In this document: positions 52,976 to 64,000 of the stretch, piece by piece
Numbering within the stretch: position 1 is the first letter of the stretch
How the letters are laid out: each line of letters opens with the position of its first letter
Assembly (NCBI GenBank): GCA_017302295.1
Contig: JAFLDS010000005.1
Coordinates: 105,666-169,665 of the forward strand
Reading direction: 5' to 3'
DNA from: Thauera sp.
Lineage (GTDB): Bacteria; Pseudomonadota; Gammaproteobacteria; Burkholderiales; Rhodocyclaceae
Length of the DNA stretch: 64,000 nt
Notes under the pieces: model-generated
Told to the model about the DNA's origin: nothing
The model's input: only the letters and a program-made list of their open reading frames with translations
The model's database searches: none
Position numbers and translations under genes: made by a program

Positions 52976-53300
52976 GCGCTCCCAGCGCTGTTTTTCTTTG
53001 CTACACAATGACTTATGAGCAACTCTCGAATCTCGAGAAAGCCTGAAAAATCAAGGCAGATAGCGCAAAATCATGAGTTGGCGCGCGAAGTGAGGCGCCT
53101 CCGCCGGGCCAAGTGGGGCAGAGTGGGAAACGGCGATCGAAAAGACGCTTCGAAGGGAGGGGAAATGGCGCCCGGAAGCAGACGGCGCAACACCGTGGAC
53201 GGGCACGGCGGCCGAGGCGCAGACAGACTGCGCGCAACTGCGGCGTCGCCGAAAAGACAGCCGATTGGCGAGATGGCCACACCGGCATGAAATCGAGTGG

Positions 53301-53682
53301 GGAAGTTCGCCGATAAGCCGGGTTCTGTCGAACGACGCCGGCGCGAGCCGATGCCGTCGGGCAGTCATTCCTCTGGGCGACACGTTACCGTGAAGCTCTA
53401 GCAGCCTACCCGGGAGCGACGCGAGCCACGCCATTACTCCCCTATTTGGCCTTGCCCCGGATGGGGTTTACCGTGCCGTCCGTGTCACCACGTCCGCGGT
53501 GGGCTCTTACCCCACCGTTTCACCCTTACCTGATCCCTCTTGCGAAGGCCATCGGCGGTCTGCTCTCTGTTGCACTTTCCGTCGCCTCGCGGCGCCCGGC
53601 CGTTAGCCGGCATCCTGCTCTATGGGGCCCGGACTTTCCTCCACGCACGACGAGGTGCGCAGCGACTGCCTGGCGAACTTCC
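53301..53682 (-). ncRNA. rnpB: RNase P RNA (bacterial type A)
   Basis: GGAAGTTCGCC/GGCGAACTTCC P1 ends, GAGGAAAGTCCGGG, GGAAAGTGCAACAGA, AAGGGTGAAACGGTGGGGTAAGAGCCCACCG, ACAGAACCCGGCTTAT; TATAAT at 53691-53696. Confidence 0.97.
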
Positions 53683-53747
53683 CGGCGCGGATTATACGCC
53701 GGCGCACACCCCTTGAGGCCTCGCGCAACGGACGGATACAAGGGCGG

Positions 53748-54197
53748 TCAGCGCTGCGCCGCGCCCTCGGCCGCAACGAAGGCCGGACTGCCGTCCTTGA
53801 GGCGGAACGTGCCGACCAGCGGGCCGGGCGGCCGCCCGCCGGGCGGCTCCCAGTCCTGCACCAGACATTTCTCGGTACCGGCAAGATACCAGCGCCGCCC
53901 CTGGTGCAGCGCCCAGAGCCGGTCGCCGGCGTCGTACACTTCCATGTCGGCGAACGTCGTGGTGCCTGAATGGATCTTCACCCGCCGCTGACAATGCGGA
54001 ATGCGCGAGGCGACGATGAACTGCGTGACCTCGCTGTCCCATACATAAGCCTGCTCACGCACCAGGATCAGCGCATGGTCCTTGCCCTCGACCATGAAGG
54101 CGGTCGCGCCGTTCTCGCAGGCGACGAGCAGCGGCGCGAGCAGGCTCGCGAAAAGAATGCCCAGCCGAGGACCGGCGACCGCCTTGCGCATCCACAT
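53748..54197 (-). CDS. Hypothetical lipoprotein
   Basis: Signal peptide ending in lipobox LVAC; normal codon usage; no family recognised. Confidence 0.7.
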   Translation of the reverse strand: MWMRKAVAGPRLGILFASLLAPLLVACENGATAFMVEGKDHALILVREQAYVWDSEVTQFIVASRIPHCQRRVKIHSGTTTFADMEVYDAGDRLWALHQGRRWYLAGTEKCLVQDWEPPGGRPPGPLVGTFRLKDGSPAFVAAEGAAQR

Positions 54198-54247
54198 CGT
54201 CACATACCTCCCGTCCGGATTGCCCCGGTCGCGGCCACCGTCTGCGC

Positions 54248-55282
54248 TCAGACGGCGAGTTTCCACGCCACCGCCTCGCCGGCGCGCAACGGCACCAGAG
54301 GATCGTCGCCAAGGTAACCGTAGCTTTCCGGCACCGTCCAGCTATCGCGCTGCAGCGTGATCTTGTCAGCATTCGGCGCGAGCCCGTAGAAGGCCGGCCC
54401 ATTCAGGCTGGCGAAAGCCTCGAGCTTCTCGAGCGCGCCTGCGGCCTCGAAGGCCTCGGCATAGAGTTCGATGCCGGCATGCGCGGTGTAGCAGCCTGCA
54501 CAGCCACAGGCCGCTTCCTTGGTGCTGCGCGCATGGGGCGCGGAGTCGGTGCCGAGGAAGAAGCGCGGATTGCCGGAGGTCACCGCCTCGACCAACGCGC
54601 GGCGATGGGTCTCGCGCTTGAGCACCGGCAGACAGTAATGGTGGGGCCGGATGCCGCCGGCGAAGATCGCATTGCGATTGAGCAGAAGGTGGTGCGCGGT
54701 CACCGTAGCGGCCACGTGCGCACCCGCCGCGCGCACGAACTGCGCCGCCTCGGCGGTGGTGATGTGCTCGAACACCACACGCAGCTTCGGGAAGCGGCGC
54801 ACCAGCGGCGACAGCACGCGCTCGATGAAGACATGCTCGCGGTCGAACACATCCACGTCGTTGCCGGTCGCCTCGCCATGCACGCACAGCACCATGCCGA
54901 GCGCCTCCATGCGCTCGAGCACCGGATACACCTTGTCGATCGCGGTGACGCCGGCGTCGGAATTGGTCGTCGCGCCGGCCGGGTACAGCTTGACCGCAAT
55001 GATCTTGCCGCTCGCCTTGGCACGATCGATCTCGTCGGGCGGCAGATTGTCCGTCAGGTACAGGCTCATCAGCGGATCGAAACGACTACCCGGGACCACA
55101 GCCAGGATGCGCTCGCGATAGGCCAGCGCCTGCGCGGTCGTGGTAACCGGCGGCCTCAGGTTTGGCATGATCAGCGCCCGGCCGAAGCGCGCGGCGGTGT
55201 GCGGCACGACGGCATCGAGCGCGTCGCCGTCACGCACGTGCAGATGCCAGTCGTCGGGGCGGATGAGGGTAATCGATTGCAT
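54248..55282 (-). CDS. pyrC: Dihydroorotase (homodimeric type II)
   Basis: [44 protein letters not shown]; TATAAT at 55311-55316. Confidence 0.97.
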   Translation of the reverse strand: MQSITLIRPDDWHLHVRDGDALDAVVPHTAARFGRALIMPNLRPPVTTTAQALAYRERILAVVPGSRFDPLMSLYLTDNLPPDEIDRAKASGKIIAVKLYPAGATTNSDAGVTAIDKVYPVLERMEALGMVLCVHGEATGNDVDVFDREHVFIERVLSPLVRRFPKLRVVFEHITTAEAAQFVRAAGAHVAATVTAHHLLLNRNAIFAGGIRPHHYCLPVLKRETHRRALVEAVTSGNPRFFLGTDSAPHARSTKEAACGCAGCYTAHAGIELYAEAFEAAGALEKLEAFASLNGPAFYGLAPNADKITLQRDSWTVPESYGYLGDDPLVPLRAGEAVAWKLAV

Positions 55283-55370
55283 GAGGCACATCCCAATTCG
55301 CGGAACGCCAATTATAGGCGGGCGCTGCGCCTCACCACTGCGGGATTTTGCTCACTCGCGGCTCACTCGC

Positions 55371-56252
55371 TTATGCATCGCCGAGGGACTTCAGTTCCAG
55401 CGCCCTGGCATACAGCGCATTCTTCGGCGCTCCGCTGATCTCGGCCGCCAGGCGGGCCGCGGTCTTCACCGGCAGATCGGCGAGCAGCAAGGCCAGCACC
55501 CGCTCGGCCTCCACATCCAGCCCTTCGGCCTCGGGTGCTCCGGCCACGACCAGCACGAACTCGCCGCGACTGCGGTTGGCATCGGCAGCGAACCAGGGCG
55601 CCGTCTCGGCCAGCGGCATGCGGGCGATCTCCTCGTGCATCTTGGTGAGTTCGCGCGCGATCAGGATCTCGCGCTCGCCGCCGAACACCGCTTCGATATC
55701 GGCCACGCACTCGGCGATGCGATGGGGCGCTTCGTAGAGCACGAGCGCGTCGCGCTCGCCAGCCAGCTTCTCCAGCGCAGTACGCCGCGCTGCCGACTTT
55801 GGCGGCAGGAAGCCGACGAAGCGAAAGCCCCCCTCCGCGAAGCCCGATACCGAAAGCGCCGCCACCGCCGCACAGGCCCCCGGCACCGGGACGACGGGGT
55901 GCCCTGCCGCCCGCACCCGCGCCACCGCCCGCGCGCCGGGATCGGACACCGCTGGCGTGCCGGCGTCGCTGATCAAGGCGACCTGGCGGCCCTGCGCCAG
56001 CAAGTCGATCAGCTGCCCGGCGGCGGTCTGCTCGTTATGCTCGTGCAGCGCGAGCATCTTCGTGCGGATCCCGCAGGCATCCAGCAGGCGCTGGCTGTGC
56101 CGCGTGTCCTCGGCGGCGATCACATCTACCGCGCGCAGCACGGCGAGCGAGCGCAGCGTGATGTCCTGCAGATTTCCGAGCGGCGTCGCCACCACGTACA
56201 ATGACGGCGTCCTGGAAAGCGGAGAGCCCGCGGCAGTCGGGAGATCGTTCAT
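55371..56252 (-). CDS. rsmI: 16S rRNA Cm1402 2'-O-methyltransferase
   Basis: LYVVATPLGNLQDIT, AEDTR, SDAGTP, YEAPHR, RELTK, RGEFVLVV. Confidence 0.96.
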   Translation of the reverse strand: MNDLPTAAGSPLSRTPSLYVVATPLGNLQDITLRSLAVLRAVDVIAAEDTRHSQRLLDACGIRTKMLALHEHNEQTAAGQLIDLLAQGRQVALISDAGTPAVSDPGARAVARVRAAGHPVVPVPGACAAVAALSVSGFAEGGFRFVGFLPPKSAARRTALEKLAGERDALVLYEAPHRIAECVADIEAVFGGEREILIARELTKMHEEIARMPLAETAPWFAADANRSRGEFVLVVAGAPEAEGLDVEAERVLALLLADLPVKTAARLAAEISGAPKNALYARALELKSLGDA

Positions 56253-56254
56253 GA

Positions 56255-57372
<1,118 letters not shown>

Positions 57373-57373
<1 letters not shown>

Positions 57374-58026
57374 TGACGACCCGTTCCGCACGCACCGCGC
57401 CGCGCGCGCATCGCCGCACGCTGCTCCTTGGCCTGCTTGCCACCGCCACGCTGCCCCTGCTGCAGGGCTGCTTCCCGGTCGTCGCCACCGGCGTCGGCGC
57501 CGGCGCGGCGATGGTGTCCGACCGCCGCACCAGCGGCACCTACGTCGAGGACGAGGCCATCGAGTGGAAGGCTGGCAGCCGCATCAGCGAGCACTTCGGC
57601 AGCAATACCCACGTCAACGTCACCTCTTACAACCGCAACGTGCTGCTTACCGGCGAGGTGCCGAACGACAACGCCCGCGCCGAGGTGGAACGCCTCGTCG
57701 CCGGGGTGCCGAACGTGAAGGGCACGATCAATGAACTCGTCGTCGGCCCCACCTCGGCGCTGACCGCGCGCGGCAACGACACGCTGATCACTTCCAACGT
57801 GAAGGCGCGCATGGTCGATGCGCAGACCGTGCCGGCGCACAACGTCAAGGTCGTGACCGAGGCCAACGTCGTCTATCTGCTGGGCCTGGTCACCCGCACC
57901 GAAGCCGACGCCGCTGCTGAAGTGGCGCGCACCAGCCAAGGCGTGCGCAAGGTGGTGCGGGTCTTCGAATACATCAGCGACGAGGAAGCCCGCCGACTCG
58001 ACAATCCGACCGGCGCGAAGCGCTGA
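57373..58026 (+). CDS. dolP: Dual-BON domain lipoprotein (DolP/YraP family)
   Basis: Lipobox LQGC, DRRTSG, two BON domains; yraN-SIS-BON synteny. Confidence 0.82.
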
Positions 58027-58066
58027 GCAGGTCGCCGCCCGGGGCGTGCGCCGACGCGCTGGTCAC

Positions 58067-58090
58067 GAAGGGCAGGCTTCAGCCCGCCCT
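58067..58090. repeat. Degenerate REP-like palindrome between convergent BON gene and mpl
   Basis: GAAG-GGCAGGC-TTCA-GCCCGCC-CT. Confidence 0.45.
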
Positions 58091-58110
58091 GCGTTGGCGC
58101 GGTCGCGGTT

Positions 58111-59463
58111 TCAGGCGGCGTCCCGCAACGCGTCGAGCAACTTCTGGTGCACGCCACCGAAGCCGCCATTGCTCATCACCAACACATGGTCGCCGGCCTG
58201 CGCCATCGCGACCACGTCGGCTACCAGCCTGTCCAGCTCCTCGTAGGCGCGCGCCTTCTCCCCCAGCGGCGCCAAGGCTTCCGCTGCATCCCAGCCCAGC
58301 CCCCCGGCGTAGCAGAACACCGCATCGGCGCCGGCCAGGCTGGCAGGCAGCTGCGCCTTCATCACCCCCAGCTTCATCGTGTTCGAGCGCGGCTCCAGCA
58401 CGGCGAGGATGCGCCCGCGCGGCTCACGCCGGCGCAGGCCATCGACGGTGAGGGCGATGGCGGTCGGGTGATGGGCGAAGTCGTCGTAGACCGTGACGCC
58501 GCGCACCGTGCCGCGCACCTCAAGCCGGCGTTTGATCCCTTCGAAACGCGCCAGGCTGGCGATGGCCTGCGCCGGCGTGACCCCCACATGGCGTGCGGCG
58601 GCAATCGCGGCGAGCGCGTTCTCGCGGTTGTGGCTGCCAGCCAGCGGCATCCGCACGCGCCCCTGCTCCACGCCACCGAGGCTGAACACCGCCTCGGCGT
58701 CCGAGATGCCGGTGGTCGCCGCCCACTGCGCCTCATCATTGAACCACTCCAGTTCCGACCAGCAGCCGCGCCCGATCACGCGCTTCAGGCTGTCTTCGCG
58801 CGCATTGGCGACGATGCGGCCGCCACCCGGGATGGTGCGCACGAGATGATGGAACTGGGTCTCGATCGCCGCCAGATCGGAGAAGATATCGGCGTGATCG
58901 AACTCGAGATTGTTAAGGATCGCGGTGCGCGGCCGGTAATGCACGAACTTCGAGCGCTTGTCGCAGAAGGCGGTGTCGTATTCGTCGGCCTCGATGACGA
59001 AGAAGGGCGAATCGGTCAGCCGCGCCGACACGCCGAAGTTCTGCGGCACGCCGCCCACCAGGAAACCGGGGTTCAGACCGGCGTCCTCCAGCATCCAGGC
59101 CAGCAGCGAGGTGGTCGTGGTCTTGCCATGCGTACCGGCCACGGCGAGCACCCAGCGCCCGGCGAGCACATGATCCGCCAGCCATTGCGGACCCGACACG
59201 TAGGGCAAGCCGCGGTCGAGGATGGCTTCGAGCAGCGGGTTGCCGCGCGACACCGCGTTGCCGATCACGAAGACGTCGGGGGCGATGTCGATCTGCGCCG
59301 CATCGTAGCCCTCGGTCAGCTCGATGCCCTGCTCCTCGAGCTGAGTGCTCATCGGCGGATAGACATTGGCATCGCAACCGGTGACCTTGTGGCCCGCGGC
59401 GCGCGCCAGCAGCGCCACGCCGCCCATGAAGGTGCCGCAGATGCCGAGAATGTGGATATGCAT
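58111..59463 (-). CDS. mpl: Murein peptide ligase (peptidoglycan recycling)
   Basis: [61 protein letters not shown]. Confidence 0.97.
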   Translation of the reverse strand: MHIHILGICGTFMGGVALLARAAGHKVTGCDANVYPPMSTQLEEQGIELTEGYDAAQIDIAPDVFVIGNAVSRGNPLLEAILDRGLPYVSGPQWLADHVLAGRWVLAVAGTHGKTTTTSLLAWMLEDAGLNPGFLVGGVPQNFGVSARLTDSPFFVIEADEYDTAFCDKRSKFVHYRPRTAILNNLEFDHADIFSDLAAIETQFHHLVRTIPGGGRIVANAREDSLKRVIGRGCWSELEWFNDEAQWAATTGISDAEAVFSLGGVEQGRVRMPLAGSHNRENALAAIAAARHVGVTPAQAIASLARFEGIKRRLEVRGTVRGVTVYDDFAHHPTAIALTVDGLRRREPRGRILAVLEPRSNTMKLGVMKAQLPASLAGADAVFCYAGGLGWDAAEALAPLGEKARAYEELDRLVADVVAMAQAGDHVLVMSNGGFGGVHQKLLDALRDAA

Positions 59464-59605
59464 GAGTATTGCTCCGCGGGGCCGTCATCCGATTGCAATC
59501 GGCCCGTGTAAAATGGCCTGGCATTCTACCCGACGGAGATCAGGCACCCGCCTGTCGGCGCCGCCCGAGATCCCGAGAATTCCGCTTCCATTCGAGTCCG
59601 CAGCC

Positions 59606-60226
59606 ATGCCCTCACATGCCCATGCCTCACGAAGCGGTACCCTGCGGCGCGAGATCGCTGCACTTGCGGCCCGCATGATGGCCGAAGACGGCATCAGCGA
59701 CTTCGGCTTCGCCAAACGCAAGGCCGCGCGCCAGCTCGGGGCGGTCGACTCCGAGGTATTGCCCAACAACACCGAGATCGAGGCCGAGCTGCGCGCCTGG
59801 CAGGCGCTTTACCAGGACGAGGAACAGCCGCAGCGCCTGTTCGAGATGCGCAGCGCAGCGGTGGAGATCATGCGTCAGCTCGACGAATTCCGCCCCTACC
59901 TCACCGGTGGCGCGCTGGACGGCACCGCCGGGCGCTATTCGGAACTCGAGATCGATTTGTTTCCCGAGAGCGCCAAAGAAGTCGAGATCTTCTTCCTGAA
60001 TCAGGACGTCAGCTACGAGCACCGCGAACCGCGCCGCCCCGCACCGAACACCCCGGAGGCCATCCTCACCTTCGACTGGGGCGACGTGCCGGTGCGCCTG
60101 TCGATCTATCCGGCCAGCGCCGAACGCCACGGCCGGCGCGGCCAGGAGCGCGCCCGGCTGGCCCAGGTCGAGGCGCTGATCGAGCATGACGCGACCGCCG
60201 CGCATGACGAGGACGCCGAACGATGA
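59606..60226 (+). CDS. Conserved hypothetical protein with a degenerate nucleotidyltransferase-like motif
   Basis: N-terminal helical AARMMAEDG...AKRKAARQLG segment; LTGGALDGTAGRYSELEI resembles hG[GS]x10DhD. Confidence 0.7.
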   Translation: MPSHAHASRSGTLRREIAALAARMMAEDGISDFGFAKRKAARQLGAVDSEVLPNNTEIEAELRAWQALYQDEEQPQRLFEMRSAAVEIMRQLDEFRPYLTGGALDGTAGRYSELEIDLFPESAKEVEIFFLNQDVSYEHREPRRPAPNTPEAILTFDWGDVPVRLSIYPASAERHGRRGQERARLAQVEALIEHDATAAHDEDAER

Positions 60227-60765
60227 ACAGGGCCGCACGCATCGGCCTCACGCTGGCCGTCGCAGCGATTGCCGCCATAGCCGGTTATCTCGCCAGTCGC
60301 AGCCTCGGGCCCGCCACTACCCATGCAGTGGCGCAGGAAACGATCGACACGCTGTTTGCGCTCAGGCTGCCGGACACCGAAGGCACCGTACAGCCGCTGG
60401 CGCAATGGCGCGGCAAGGTCGTCGTGGCCAATTTCTGGGCAACCTGGTGCCCGCCCTGCCGCAAGGAGATCCCCGATTTTGCCGCGGCAAGCCGCGTCTT
60501 TGCCGGCGAACCGGTGCAGTTCGTCGGCCTCAGCATCGACGACGCCGACAAGGTGCGCGACTTCGACAAGGAACTCGGCGTTCCCTACCCGCTGCTGATC
60601 GCCTCACCGCAGGTGCTCGCCCTCGCCAAGGACTTCGGCAACGCGGCACAGGCGCTCCCCTTCACCGTCATCTTCGATCGCGACGGCAAGGTCCGCCACG
60701 TCAAGCTCGGCACCTTGAAGCGCGACGATCTCGAAGGCAGAATCCGCCCATTGCTCGCTCGGTAA
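60223..60765 (+). CDS. TlpA/ResA-family thiol-disulfide oxidoreductase
   Basis: N-terminal anchor, NFWATWCPPCRKEIP, LPFT. Confidence 0.93.
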   Translation: MNRAARIGLTLAVAAIAAIAGYLASRSLGPATTHAVAQETIDTLFALRLPDTEGTVQPLAQWRGKVVVANFWATWCPPCRKEIPDFAAASRVFAGEPVQFVGLSIDDADKVRDFDKELGVPYPLLIASPQVLALAKDFGNAAQALPFTVIFDRDGKVRHVKLGTLKRDDLEGRIRPLLAR

Positions 60766-61116
60766 CAGCAGGCAAATATCCGCTTCAGCGTAGACAAGAT
60801 GTCGGCAATTACGGCAAACTTGTTCGCATGATGCGTTCAAAACGCCGCCTTCAACCCTTCCAGACCAAGCTCTCGGCCCATCCGGCGAGCTTGATCGACA
60901 CCGGCAAGGGCTCGCATTTGAGAGGCTGGTCTCGCATCCCCTGCACCCTCGCGCAGAGCGCAGGCGTCAGCGCCACCAACGGCGTGGCCGCTCCCGCGCC
61001 TCGGTGCGTGCAATTCCCCACCCCCTCATTCGACCTCGCCGCAGAGCGGGGCCCGAAACACCCATCATTCAAGGCGGCTGCCCATTGAGCGGCGGCCGCC
61101 CAGCACGGAGAACAGC

Positions 61117-61578
<462 letters not shown>

Positions 61579-61585
61579 TCGCGCC

Positions 61586-62944
61586 ATGTTCGAAAAAATC
61601 CTGATCGCCAACCGCGGGGAAATCGCCCTGCGCATCCTGCGCGCCTGCCGCGAACTGGGCATCAAGACCGTCGCAGTGCACTCCGAGGCCGACACCGAGG
61701 CCAAGTATGTGCGCCTGGCCGATGAGTCGGTGTGCATCGGCCCCGCGCAGTCGAGCGCAAGCTACCTCAACGTACCCGCGATCATCTCGGCCGCCGAGGT
61801 CACCGACGCCGAGGCGATCCACCCCGGCTACGGCTTCCTGTCCGAGAATGCCGATTTCGCCGAGCGTGTCGAGCAGTCCGGCTTCGTCTTCATCGGCCCG
61901 CGTGCCGAAACCATCCGTCTGATGGGCGACAAGGTGTCGGCCAAGGATTCGATGAAGGCCGCCGGCGTGCCCTGCGTGCCGGGATCCGATGGCGCGCTGC
62001 CTGACGATCCGAAGGAAATCGTCAAGATCGCCCGTGCCGTCGGCTACCCGGTGATCATCAAGGCGGCGGGCGGCGGCGGCGGACGCGGCATGCGCGTGGT
62101 GCACACCGAGGCGGCGCTGCTCAACGCGGTGACTACCACCAAGGCCGAGGCGCAGGCCGCCTTCAGCAATCCGACCGTGTACATGGAGAAGTTCCTCGAG
62201 AACCCGCGCCATGTGGAAATCCAGGTGCTGGCCGATCAGCACGGCAATGCGGTGTACCTGGGCGAGCGCGACTGCTCGATGCAGCGCCGCCACCAGAAGG
62301 TGATCGAAGAGGCGCCCGCCCCCGGCATCGATCGCAAGCTGATCGCCAAGATCGGCGAGCGCTGCGCCGAAGCCTGCCGCACCATCGGCTACCGCGGCGC
62401 CGGCACCTTCGAGTTCCTGTACGAGAACGGCGAGTTCTACTTCATCGAGATGAACACGCGCGTGCAGGTAGAGCATCCGGTCACCGAGATGATCACCGGC
62501 ATCGACATCGTGCAGGCCCAGGTGCGCATCGCCGCCGGCGAGAAGCTGTGGTTCCGGCAACGCAACATCGAGTTCCGCGGCCACGCCATCGAATGCCGCG
62601 TGAACGCCGAAGATCCCTTCAAGTTCACGCCCTCGCCGGGCCGTATCACCAATTGGCACACCCCGGGTGGTCCGGGCGTACGGGTCGATTCCCACGTCTA
62701 CAACGGCTATACGGTGCCGCCGCATTACGACTCGATGATCGGCAAGGTCATCACTTACGGCGACACCCGCGAGCAGGCGATCCGCCGCATGCGCATCGCG
62801 CTGTCCGAGATGATGGTCGAGGGCATCAAGACCAACATTCCGCTGCACCAGACGCTGATGCTGGACCCGCGCTTCATCGAGGGCGGCACCAGCATCCACT
62901 ATCTCGAGCACAAGCTCGCCGACCGCAACGAAGTGAAGAGCTGA
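61586..62944 (+). CDS. accC: Biotin carboxylase
   Basis: [46 protein letters not shown]. Confidence 0.98.
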   Translation: MFEKILIANRGEIALRILRACRELGIKTVAVHSEADTEAKYVRLADESVCIGPAQSSASYLNVPAIISAAEVTDAEAIHPGYGFLSENADFAERVEQSGFVFIGPRAETIRLMGDKVSAKDSMKAAGVPCVPGSDGALPDDPKEIVKIARAVGYPVIIKAAGGGGGRGMRVVHTEAALLNAVTTTKAEAQAAFSNPTVYMEKFLENPRHVEIQVLADQHGNAVYLGERDCSMQRRHQKVIEEAPAPGIDRKLIAKIGERCAEACRTIGYRGAGTFEFLYENGEFYFIEMNTRVQVEHPVTEMITGIDIVQAQVRIAAGEKLWFRQRNIEFRGHAIECRVNAEDPFKFTPSPGRITNWHTPGGPGVRVDSHVYNGYTVPPHYDSMIGKVITYGDTREQAIRRMRIALSEMMVEGIKTNIPLHQTLMLDPRFIEGGTSIHYLEHKLADRNEVKS

Positions 62945-62950
62945 TCGTCG

Positions 62951-63844
62951 ATGTGGATCTCGGTCACCCTGCAGGCTGACGCCGCGAAAGCCGAAGCACT
63001 CTCCGATGCCCTCATGGAAGCCGGCGCGCTGTCGGTTTCCATCGAGGACGCGGACGCCGGCACCGACGCGGAAAAGCCGCAGTTCGGCGAACCCGGCCAT
63101 CTTCCGACTTCGCTGTGGGACCACAGCCGGGTCATCGCCCTGTTCGACGGCTCCACCAGCAGCGAGGCGCTCACCGCGATGCTGGCCGAAGCGGCGGGTA
63201 ACGTGGGTCTTGCGGCCGTCCCGCCGTTCTCCACCGAAGAGATTGCCGAGCAGAACTGGGTGCAGCTCACCCAGAGCCAGTTCGACCCGATCCGTATCAC
63301 CGATCGGCTGTGGATCGTGCCGTCCTGGCACGAAGCGCCCGATCCGCAGGCGATCAACATCGAACTCGATCCCGGCATGGCTTTCGGCACCGGCTCGCAT
63401 CCCACGACGCGACTCTGCCTCGAATGGCTGTGCGACGCGGTCAAGCCGGGCTGCAGCGTGCTCGACTACGGCTGCGGCTCGGGCATCCTCGGCATCGCCG
63501 CGGGCCTGCTCGGCGCCGGCGACGTGCTGGGCATCGACATCGACGACAAGGCGGTCGAAGCGGCGCGTGACAACGCCACCCGCAACCGGGTCGCGATGCG
63601 CTTGCAGCATTCGGCCGTGCCGCTGGGCGAAACCTTCGACGTAGTGGTCGCCAACATCCTGACGAACCCGCTGTGCGTGCTGGCGCCGGCAATCGCCGCG
63701 CGCGTCGCCCCGGGCGGACGTGTTGCGTTGTCGGGCGTGCTCGAGCCCCAGGCACAGCAGGTGATCGACGCCTGGGCGCCCTACCTTGCACTTGACGTCG
63801 GCGCGGCATCCGAGGGCTGGGTCCGGCTCGAGGGCCGCCGCTAG
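62951..63844 (+). CDS. prmA: Ribosomal protein L11 methyltransferase
   Basis: [31 protein letters not shown]. Confidence 0.97.
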   Translation: MWISVTLQADAAKAEALSDALMEAGALSVSIEDADAGTDAEKPQFGEPGHLPTSLWDHSRVIALFDGSTSSEALTAMLAEAAGNVGLAAVPPFSTEEIAEQNWVQLTQSQFDPIRITDRLWIVPSWHEAPDPQAINIELDPGMAFGTGSHPTTRLCLEWLCDAVKPGCSVLDYGCGSGILGIAAGLLGAGDVLGIDIDDKAVEAARDNATRNRVAMRLQHSAVPLGETFDVVVANILTNPLCVLAPAIAARVAPGGRVALSGVLEPQAQQVIDAWAPYLALDVGAASEGWVRLEGRR

Positions 63845-63855
63845 AGCGCCACATC

Positions 63856-64000
63856 ATGATGCTCACGCGCTGCCCCGCCTGCCAGACGGTCTTCCGGCTG
63901 CATCCGGATCAGCTCCATGCGCGCAATGGCGAGGTGCGCTGCGGCCATTGCTTCAATCCCTTCAATGCCTTGCAGCACCAGGTAGGCACGCCGGAGGACG
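63856..64000 (+). CDS. Zinc-ribbon (MJ0042-type finger) / DUF3426-like protein, 5' part only
   Basis: MMLTRCPACQTVFR...VRCGHCFNPF; usual position after prmA. Confidence 0.75.
   Translation, partial: MMLTRCPACQTVFRLHPDQLHARNGEVRCGHCFNPFNALQHQVGTPED

Noticed and set aside
60828-61088. 86-aa ORF upstream of accB as a protein-coding gene or aroQ remnant
   Set aside because: No SD, atypical codon usage, no AroQ motif (HGPNLN); not listed as a CDS

Overview
GC-rich betaproteobacterial chromosome segment; gene order and protein sequences suggest Rhodocyclaceae (Aromatoleum/Azoarcus/Thauera-like, an inference). It is almost entirely core genome. From left to right: the ndk-rlmN-pilW-rodZ operon, dedA, a TRAP C4-dicarboxylate transporter (dctPQM) with a divergent DctS/DctR-like two-component pair, accA-tilS, a CorC/TlyC-family gene, a group-2 Mrp Na+(K+)/H+ antiporter operon, a yccA + HPF-like pair divergent from an NhaR-type LysR regulator, tRNA-Leu(CAA), queA-tgt-yajC-secD-secF, purB, apaG, secA-argJ, dciA, the dcw cluster (mraZ to ftsZ, lpxC), RNase P RNA, pyrC, rsmI/yraN-gmhA-BON, mpl, an NTase-like hypothetical + TlpA, and accB-accC-prmA. 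I saw no CRISPR array, integrase, transposase, prophage or frameshifted gene. The best candidate for a poorly described system is the nhaR / HPF-like / yccA module beside the mrp operon and the tRNA 3' end. The other notable signals are non-coding: a multi-stem leader before accB, an A/T-third-position patch inside rsmH, a recurring TGTTGCAA/TTGCAA motif near envelope genes, a structured spacer between nhaR and the tRNA, distal inverted MraZ boxes and GTAG-type REP elements. All calls are by eye; no database searches or folding programs were run.
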